This document shows positions 35,492 through 40,609 of a stretch of DNA of 40,609 nt, piece by piece. The notes below the pieces were generated by a model. The model was not told the origin of the DNA and searched no databases. It saw nothing but the letters and a program-made list of their open reading frames with translations. The stretch lies in the IMG/VR virus record IMGVR_UViG_3300001869_000189, positions 1 to 40,609 of that record. One strand, given 5' to 3'. Made by a program: the position numbers and the translations under genes. Each line of letters opens with the position of its first letter. Within the stretch, counting starts at the first letter, position 1. This stretch comes from a virus (taxonomy: Duplodnaviria > Caudoviricetes).

Positions 35492-36174
35492 TATTTCGGT
35501 TGATTTATGGAAAAGTCCGGACGGCGATCTTCACCAGGCAAAAACACCAGGTTGACGTGTTCCGTGATTCTTTTTGAAATAAACTCTTTGTAAGCTTCCC
35601 CAAACGATTTCAAATTCATGTTGGTACTTCCGAACGTCATGGCTCCATATTCGGCACGTATGGCCAGCAATTCACTGATAGGATTGACAATTGTACCGAA
35701 GTTGTTGATCTCTTTTTTTTCCTTTCCTAAATCCTGAATCAATAGAGGTTTGTGAGCATAGGGAATGACACCAACTTTTTTAATCTGCTCGGCAAGTTCT
35801 ATGGCGTGAACGGATTGAATCTTATTTTTTTCGCTCCAGGTTAAATCATTCAACACCATGCAAAGCGTTTCAATCAATACCGATTTACCACAACCGTATT
35901 TACCGTTCAGAATAATCCCGATAAATGGATTTAAAGCGCATTCCTGACGTTGAATATAACTATACATCAAATTGATCACTGCACGATTGCCATCATCAAT
36001 AATGAATGGCGAAAAGTTCTTACGGTCTGCCATGGCTTGCTGGGCACGGGTGGTGAATAAGGTTTTGAAATCATCCATGGATACCATTTTGCGGGTATTA
36101 GCCAGGCGTTGTAATTGCTTTTGGTATTCCGCTTTGGCAATTTCGATAAGTTCGGTAACTGTTTGTTGTGCCAT
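35491..36174 (-). CDS. DnaC / IstB-like ATPase (helicase loader)
   Basis: Likely start MAQQTV at 36174; Walker A GKYGCGKS, Walker B-like LLIQDLG, STN, GEDRR. Confidence 0.8.
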   Translation of the reverse strand: MAQQTVTELIEIAKAEYQKQLQRLANTRKMVSMDDFKTLFTTRAQQAMADRKNFSPFIIDDGNRAVINLMYSYIQRQECALNPFIGIILNGKYGCGKSVLIETLCMVLNDLTWSEKNKIQSVHAIELAEQIKKVGVIPYAHKPLLIQDLGKEKKEINNFGTIVNPISELLAIRAEYGAMTFGSTNMNLKSFGEAYKEFISKRITEHVNLVFLPGEDRRPDFSINQPK

Positions 36175-36176
36175 GA

Positions 36177-36305
36177 TTAAGAAAAAAAAGAGTAGATTAA
36201 ACAAGAGAGTGTAAATACGATAAAAGAAATAATTAATTTATCCGTCCGCAGGTTGTCCAGTTTGTCGTATTCTCGCTGCACTGCGTTTTCAAATCTGCGT
36301 TCCAT
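36177..36305 (-). CDS. Small membrane peptide (42 aa), absent from ORF track
   Basis: Translated by hand: MERRFENAVQREYDKLDNLRTDKLIISFIVFTLSCLIYSFFS; fills the intergenic gap. Confidence 0.45.
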   Translation of the reverse strand: MERRFENAVQREYDKLDNLRTDKLIISFIVFTLSCLIYSFFS

Positions 36306-36312
36306 TGGTGTT

Positions 36313-36573
36313 TTATTCAATCCCATGATCTTTCAATTTTTGTGTAAGTTCTTGTATCTTTTCTTCCTGCAGGCGAAGTGTGTTTGAAATTGCCAGTTGT
36401 TTCCTTCTTTCAGCTTCCTTTCTGGTCGCTTCGTCCAGCGGTTCTTCTTTCGCCACTATCCTTCCATACGAATCCCGATCCGGCTGATTCACCGACGGCA
36501 TTGATTTTCTTCGTGTCGACCTGAAGGGGATAGTATCGAATAGATCGAGTTGTATGGAGGATTGTGTTTGCAT
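36313..36573 (-). CDS. Hypothetical protein with IQLDLF motif
   Basis: 86 aa; QLDLF resembles the beta-clamp-binding consensus QL(S/D)LF. Confidence 0.55.
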   Translation of the reverse strand: MQTQSSIQLDLFDTIPFRSTRRKSMPSVNQPDRDSYGRIVAKEEPLDEATRKEAERRKQLAISNTLRLQEEKIQELTQKLKDHGIE

Positions 36574-36579
36574 ATCTAA

Positions 36580-36810
36580 TTATTCCGAAGCAATTTCGAT
36601 ATTTCCTACTGCTTCCTCTAAGTTTGAATATACTTCTTCTAATGTGGACACTTTTTCCTCAAACTTTTGACCTCTTTCAGTTTGTTGTAATCCTTCTGAA
36701 AGATTATCGAATTTCTCTTGTTCTGAATCCTTAATTTGTTCAACGATTTCCATCGCTTCACCGATTAATTCAATTGCTTTCTCTAATTGTTTTCGATCTT
36801 GCTTGTTCAT
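36580..36810 (-). CDS. Acidic coiled-coil phage protein
   Basis: 76 aa; MNKQDRK...EQEKFDNLSEGLQQTERGQ. Confidence 0.7.
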   Translation of the reverse strand: MNKQDRKQLEKAIELIGEAMEIVEQIKDSEQEKFDNLSEGLQQTERGQKFEEKVSTLEEVYSNLEEAVGNIEIASE

Positions 36811-36847
36811 GATAATTATAAATTGTAAATGAATAAATAGTAAATTC

Positions 36848-37309
36848 TTAAAAGTCGCTTCCGGTACCGGTATTATCCTTAGCTGGTTGTTTCATGTCCT
36901 TTTCTTCAATGGCGAAGAAACTTTTGTATCTCCCATGCATGGCATAGCGTAAGAACTTCACAGCCTTTTCTTCATCACCTTTGCTGAATTCAAATAATTG
37001 CTCCAGGGATGATTGTTCCGAACAGCTTCCCATCGACTGGCCGTGTTGCTCAGCAAGGTAATTTTTCCACCGTTTCCACATATCAACTACCGCTTCACTT
37101 TTAAATGGTGACTTCACGTCCAAGGGTTCTACCGGTGATATAAAATTATCGAACGCATCCAGCTGCTTTTTAAAAGTATTCCAGACCTTAACGAATTCTT
37201 TCGATTTCGTCAGTGCGATACTTGATAAACCACCATTTTTAAGGAAGTCATTCAGTGAATCTTCTGTTTTATCGAGTTGCTTCCATACTTTTTCCCAGGT
37301 TGCTTTCAT
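36848..37309 (-). CDS. Putative replication protein (initiator C-terminal-like domain)
   Basis: 153 aa; MWKRWKNYL...AVKFLRYAMHGRYKSFF resembles C-termini of phage replication initiators; upstream of DnaC-like gene. Confidence 0.5.
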   Translation of the reverse strand: MKATWEKVWKQLDKTEDSLNDFLKNGGLSSIALTKSKEFVKVWNTFKKQLDAFDNFISPVEPLDVKSPFKSEAVVDMWKRWKNYLAEQHGQSMGSCSEQSSLEQLFEFSKGDEEKAVKFLRYAMHGRYKSFFAIEEKDMKQPAKDNTGTGSDF

Positions 37310-37340
37310 ATTGCTTTTATTATTATTAGATAGGCAGGAT

Positions 37341-37544
37341 TCATCCCGGAATTTCCTTCATTGACATATTTAGCGTAGCCAATAATCTGGCTTCATCTTC
37401 GTACTCTTTAACCGATAGTTCTTTGGTGGTAATCTTCACCGGTGTTCCGTCGGTTACTTTTTCTATTGCATCCCACACATCAAATATATCCGAAGTAATA
37501 ATATTTGTTCTTGTGCTTTCCTGCTCAATCCTATAGGCTATCAT
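37341..37544 (-). CDS. Hypothetical protein
   Basis: 67 aa, 4-nt overlap with upstream gene. Confidence 0.55.
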   Translation of the reverse strand: MIAYRIEQESTRTNIITSDIFDVWDAIEKVTDGTPVKITTKELSVKEYEDEARLLATLNMSMKEIPG

Positions 37545-38053
37545 GGCTCAATAGGTTTACAAGTTAATTGCCAAATCCATGGATTAGCGTAAATCTCCAG
37601 TATATCATATTCTTTGCACCAAAGAGAATGGAAGGAACCGGTTGCCGTATTGAAGTTCGGATATCCCGGGTCTTGAGTCTTCAGAACTTTTTTAGGGTAG
37701 AACTTTTCGGGCGAATAATGTTTCCAAACGCCTGGGCTTTGTTGCTCTATTCCAGTTCTTACGGCCAGCTCGTCATTCATATCCGATAAGCGGATCAGTT
37801 TCACTTCAGAAATTTTAATGTCGCATGCTGCACCCCATTGTGCCAATTCTCCTACTTTGTGCGGCTGAATGCTTGCCAGTATTACCTGTTGGTTAGTGTC
37901 ATTTTTATTGATCAACCTTGTACCGGCTTCGTTTATTTCCCATGATTCAGGAAACTTGTTTACCATGGTAAGTCCCATTTTATTGAAAATAAGATCAGTT
38001 TTGTTTTCTTCGAATTTTGGAGAAAATCCGGTCATTCGTTTAATTCGCTTCAT
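37541..38053 (-). CDS. ASCH-like domain phage protein
   Basis: ISEVKLIRLSDMNDELAVRTGI...FHSLW...ANPWIW pattern. Confidence 0.6.
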   Translation of the reverse strand: MKRIKRMTGFSPKFEENKTDLIFNKMGLTMVNKFPESWEINEAGTRLINKNDTNQQVILASIQPHKVGELAQWGAACDIKISEVKLIRLSDMNDELAVRTGIEQQSPGVWKHYSPEKFYPKKVLKTQDPGYPNFNTATGSFHSLWCKEYDILEIYANPWIWQLTCKPIEP

Positions 38054-38261
38054 TTGATTCTGGGGTTATATCGTTAAACTTTAAATCATTTTCAGGCATT
38101 CGTACTTTATGAAAAAAGCACTGTCCGCTTTCATTCCAGGTAAGGCGCTTTCCGTCTTTGTAACCTATTGCCTCGCGAACCTTACCGTTAGGTGTTTTAA
38201 TTTCGTCTATTTGCACCTTAATTGCGAGAAGTGCAGTTTCAAATTGGTTAGTTGTGTGCAT
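38040..38261 (-). CDS. Hypothetical protein
   Basis: 73 aa in early operon. Confidence 0.55.
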   Translation of the reverse strand: MHTTNQFETALLAIKVQIDEIKTPNGKVREAIGYKDGKRLTWNESGQCFFHKVRMPENDLKFNDITPESNEAN

Positions 38262-38264
38262 AAT

Positions 38265-38537
38265 TTATTTTTTTGGTACTTTAAAACAGTTTTTAAATAA
38301 GATTTTGAATTCGTTTTTTTGACCAAATACCCAGTGAATGAACATGAATCCTTCTTCGTCGTAATATAGTATTGAGCAATAATAATTACCTTTTTTGTCA
38401 ATAATATATGCATGATCTTCGTGTAGACTAAATGTGTCAAAAAAATCATATTTAGCTGGTTTTTGTCTCACAAAAAATACTACTCCGGCTTCAAATTCTG
38501 CCCTGGTGATGGGCTGTAGGGTTTCGTTTTCTTCCAT
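38265..38537 (-). CDS. Hypothetical protein
   Basis: 90 aa in early operon, tight packing. Confidence 0.55.
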   Translation of the reverse strand: MEENETLQPITRAEFEAGVVFFVRQKPAKYDFFDTFSLHEDHAYIIDKKGNYYCSILYYDEEGFMFIHWVFGQKNEFKILFKNCFKVPKK

Positions 38538-38540
38538 GGC

Positions 38541-38753
38541 TTAAATTATTAAAGGTTCACCATCTTCATCTAATGGCATCCATGCTATGACATCTCTATC
38601 AAACCAATCGTTTGGAGATTCAGGGAAATCAAACTTTTCACCATCCCATTCAGCTATTTGATAGCCAAGTTCGCACCAATTAGGACATCTGCAAATACAT
38701 AATTGTCCATTTTTAGGTTTTTCTTTTCTTCCTTTGTACATATTATTCGACAA
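38541..38753 (-). CDS. DUF551-like phage protein
   Basis: KEKPKNGQLCI...VIAWMPL signature. Confidence 0.65.
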   Translation of the reverse strand: MSNNMYKGRKEKPKNGQLCICRCPNWCELGYQIAEWDGEKFDFPESPNDWFDRDVIAWMPLDEDGEPLII

Positions 38754-39135
38754 TTTTTAAATAATCACAAGAATATGCACCACTGAATCCTTCTAACCAA
38801 ACTATATTGTTTCCACACATCCATTGTGGACCGTGAATGACATCCCAAATTTTGTCCTTATATTCCGGAAATGTACCTTCATGACCGGTCATTATAACCT
38901 TGGTTCCTGGTATCATTGATAATTGGCGTTGTTCTTCCAAATAAGCCATATGAGAAACTATAATAGTGCTTGATCCCTTTCCAATTTTTGAAAATAAAAC
39001 CTTTGCTGGTTTATCTTTGCCAAATATATTGGCTGCAAATAATCCAATTTTTTCCTCAGTCATTGCATAAGGAGCATGTTGAGCTTTCATTTCGATTGAA
39101 TCATCGAATAGTTTTTGTGCTTGAGCTAGTGTCAT
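38743..39135 (-). CDS. Hypothetical protein
   Basis: 130 aa; preceded by leader AACAATTTAATTTTTAAAGC. Confidence 0.65.
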   Translation of the reverse strand: MTLAQAQKLFDDSIEMKAQHAPYAMTEEKIGLFAANIFGKDKPAKVLFSKIGKGSSTIIVSHMAYLEEQRQLSMIPGTKVIMTGHEGTFPEYKDKIWDVIHGPQWMCGNNIVWLEGFSGAYSCDYLKIVE

Positions 39136-39356
39136 AATGTTTTGCTTTAAAAATTAAATTGTTAAGTTGATAATTAGAAAATTAAGTTGGTTATAAAAAG
39201 GAGCCGCTTTTTGACCCCGCAAGACTTTCGGCGTTCTAAATTCACTATCACATAAATTTTAGATTTTATGTATTGTTTCGCCCCTTTTTATATGAGTTCT
39301 TGGAGAGATTGTATTTAAAATATTGTATTCGATACTTCCTGACGCTTCAGGAAGCC

Positions 39357-39911
39357 TTAATTCAGATTATGCTGGTGCCAATAATGAACTAAAGCTGCGT
39401 TGTTATGGACATCAAGTTTACGCAACATATTGTTCGTGTGATTTTCGACCGTTTTCGGACTCAAGTAAAGTTCTTCAGCTATTTCGGTTGTTTTCTTTCC
39501 TTGAGCAATTAGTCTCAGTATGCGAATTTCAGCATCAGAAATGGCGGTATTCTCTTTTGGTTCACAGGTTTCTTTCCACTCCTTGCATTCGCCGGCTAAT
39601 GGGCATTGACAAAATTCAAAATGAAAATTACCATCAGAATCGATATCCAACTTATTATCATGTGCGCCCAGGTTACATTTAATGAATCCACGTGTAATCC
39701 GGAATTCGTAATAAGTTTTGTTTTTAGCACTCTCCAGATAGCGTTTACAAAGGTTTTTGTATGACCGAGGATAACGATCGCGGATAACTGCAACGAAGCT
39801 GCTGTTAAAGTCGAAATGACTTTCTTTTAATATATATGGTATTTCACCTTCGGTGCGAATTTCCACTTCTCCATCCGGGAGTGCCGAAAACTCAAGATTT
39901 TTTAGATTCAT
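39357..39911 (-). CDS. LuxR-family HTH regulator with Cys-rich N-terminal domain
   Basis: ISDAEIRILRLIAQGKKTTEIAEELYLSPKTVENH; CQCPLAGEC. Confidence 0.88.
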   Translation of the reverse strand: MNLKNLEFSALPDGEVEIRTEGEIPYILKESHFDFNSSFVAVIRDRYPRSYKNLCKRYLESAKNKTYYEFRITRGFIKCNLGAHDNKLDIDSDGNFHFEFCQCPLAGECKEWKETCEPKENTAISDAEIRILRLIAQGKKTTEIAEELYLSPKTVENHTNNMLRKLDVHNNAALVHYWHQHNLN

Positions 39912-40119
39912 CTTCCTGGTATTTATTTACTATATTTTCAATAGCATCAATTTCTAATTTTGAGTAATTTTTGTTATTAAATTTGTAATAAAACGTACCT
40001 CCTTTGAACCCACATCCATTTTTTATGAGTTTCATCAATACACCACGCTTTTTTGTAGAAAGCGTCCTGTAGTAGGTGATAAACTTCATTATTCGTTTTT
40101 TTTCTTCTTTTGTAAGCAT
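39892..40119 (-). CDS. Cro-like small DNA-binding protein
   Basis: 75 aa basic HTH-like protein divergent from the repressor. Confidence 0.6.
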   Translation of the reverse strand: MLTKEEKKRIMKFITYYRTLSTKKRGVLMKLIKNGCGFKGGTFYYKFNNKNYSKLEIDAIENIVNKYQEDESKKS

Positions 40120-40123
40120 GATA

Positions 40124-40194
40124 TTAGTAATTATTACTAAATTAGTACTGCAAAACTAATATAAATATAAGTACTAACAAACATATTTGTTAGT
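40124..40194. promoter_or_regulatory. Lysis/lysogeny switch: operator-like palindromes and leftward promoter
   Basis: TTAGTAAT-T-ATTACTAA (40124-40140), TACTAAATTAGTA (40135-40147), ACTAACAAA-CATA-TTTGTTAGT (40173-40194); minus-strand TTTG-N19-TAGTTTTG (40181-40151). Confidence 0.7.
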
Positions 40195-40219
40195 TATTTT
40201 TAAACTATTTATCAGTAAT

Positions 40220-40609
40220 ATGTACAACCTAAACAATATCAAAACTTTAGCTGCTGACAAAAAGGTTAGTATAAAGAAAATAATTGAGTATTGCGAAATT
40301 AGTGAGGGCGGTTTTTATAAATCAATCGAAAATCAGTCGATGAATATCAAGACTCTTGATAAGATTGCTGAATATCTAAAGGTGAGTGTGTCCGAATTGA
40401 TAAATGATAGGGTTGAAAATGTACAGTCAAAAGGACTAAAGAAAATGGGAGTCGCGGCGACCCCAGTAGAAGATTATGAGAAAGAAACTGATGTGGCTAA
40501 ACTGTACAAAATTATGTTTGAGCAACAAGTGGAGATAACTGATCTAACTAGAGAGTGCGAAAGCTTAAAAAACGTCATTGCGCTAGGAAGGAGTGCCAAC
40601 GCAGGGTGA
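40220..40609 (+). CDS. CI-like XRE/HTH repressor
   Basis: Likely start MYNLNNIK at 40220; XRE HTH (TLDKIAEYLKVSVSEL) with C-terminal coiled coil; no S24 peptidase domain. Confidence 0.8.
   Translation: MYNLNNIKTLAADKKVSIKKIIEYCEISEGGFYKSIENQSMNIKTLDKIAEYLKVSVSELINDRVENVQSKGLKKMGVAATPVEDYEKETDVAKLYKIMFEQQVEITDLTRECESLKNVIALGRSANAG

Larger units (their letters stand above)
96..40609. mobile_element. Temperate tailed-phage prophage of a Bacteroidota host, integrated at tRNA-Ser; right end not in window
   Basis: tRNA followed by tyrosine integrase; terminase, portal, protease, capsid, tape measure, lysis, replication and CI/Cro modules all present. Confidence 0.95.

Noticed and set aside
39190-39300. 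c-di-GMP riboswitch or self-cleaving ribozyme
   Set aside because: GGCGAAAC and CGAAAG fragments occur but the required stems and order could not be built.
2569-39682. Many plus-strand ORFs (e.g. 6940..7494, 28690..29268, 39323..39682)
   Set aside because: Antisense shadows of well-supported minus-strand genes, with no recognisable motifs.
40500-40609. attR (duplicate of the tRNA 3' end)
   Set aside because: No repeat of the tRNA 3' sequence seen; the window ends at the repressor stop codon.

Overview
Nearly the whole window is a temperate tailed-phage (siphovirus-like) prophage of a Bacteroidota host, judged from TAnnTTTG-type promoters and a Bacteroidetes-type tyrosine integrase. It sits directly downstream of a tRNA-Ser(TGA) gene. 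After the integrase (+), all long genes are on the minus strand: tail hub, tape measure, lysis cassette (holin, DUF3380-like muramidase, candidate u-spanin), tail-fibre cassette, head-tail genes and portal. An accessory block follows (c4-like antisense RNA operon, a moron, DUF932-like and ArdC-N-like genes), then a 1.1 kb AT-rich non-coding region with iteron-like repeats and a cos-like GC tract. Next come terminase, a PLD-family protein, major tail, capsid, Clp protease and the replication/early genes. A divergent Cro/CI switch lies at the right edge; attR is not in the window. Main non-obvious signals: (i) five copies of a 36-bp promoter-like motif with identical spacing, one before each structural operon, one copy embedded in a terminator hairpin; (ii) a c4/CI-type antisense-attenuation architecture at 18565-18806; (iii) a 3.56 kb GATC-free zone covering the anti-restriction-like genes next to the candidate cos site; (iv) a covarying A19-U56 elbow pair in the target tRNA. 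Protein family calls come from motif recognition by eye; no database search was run.
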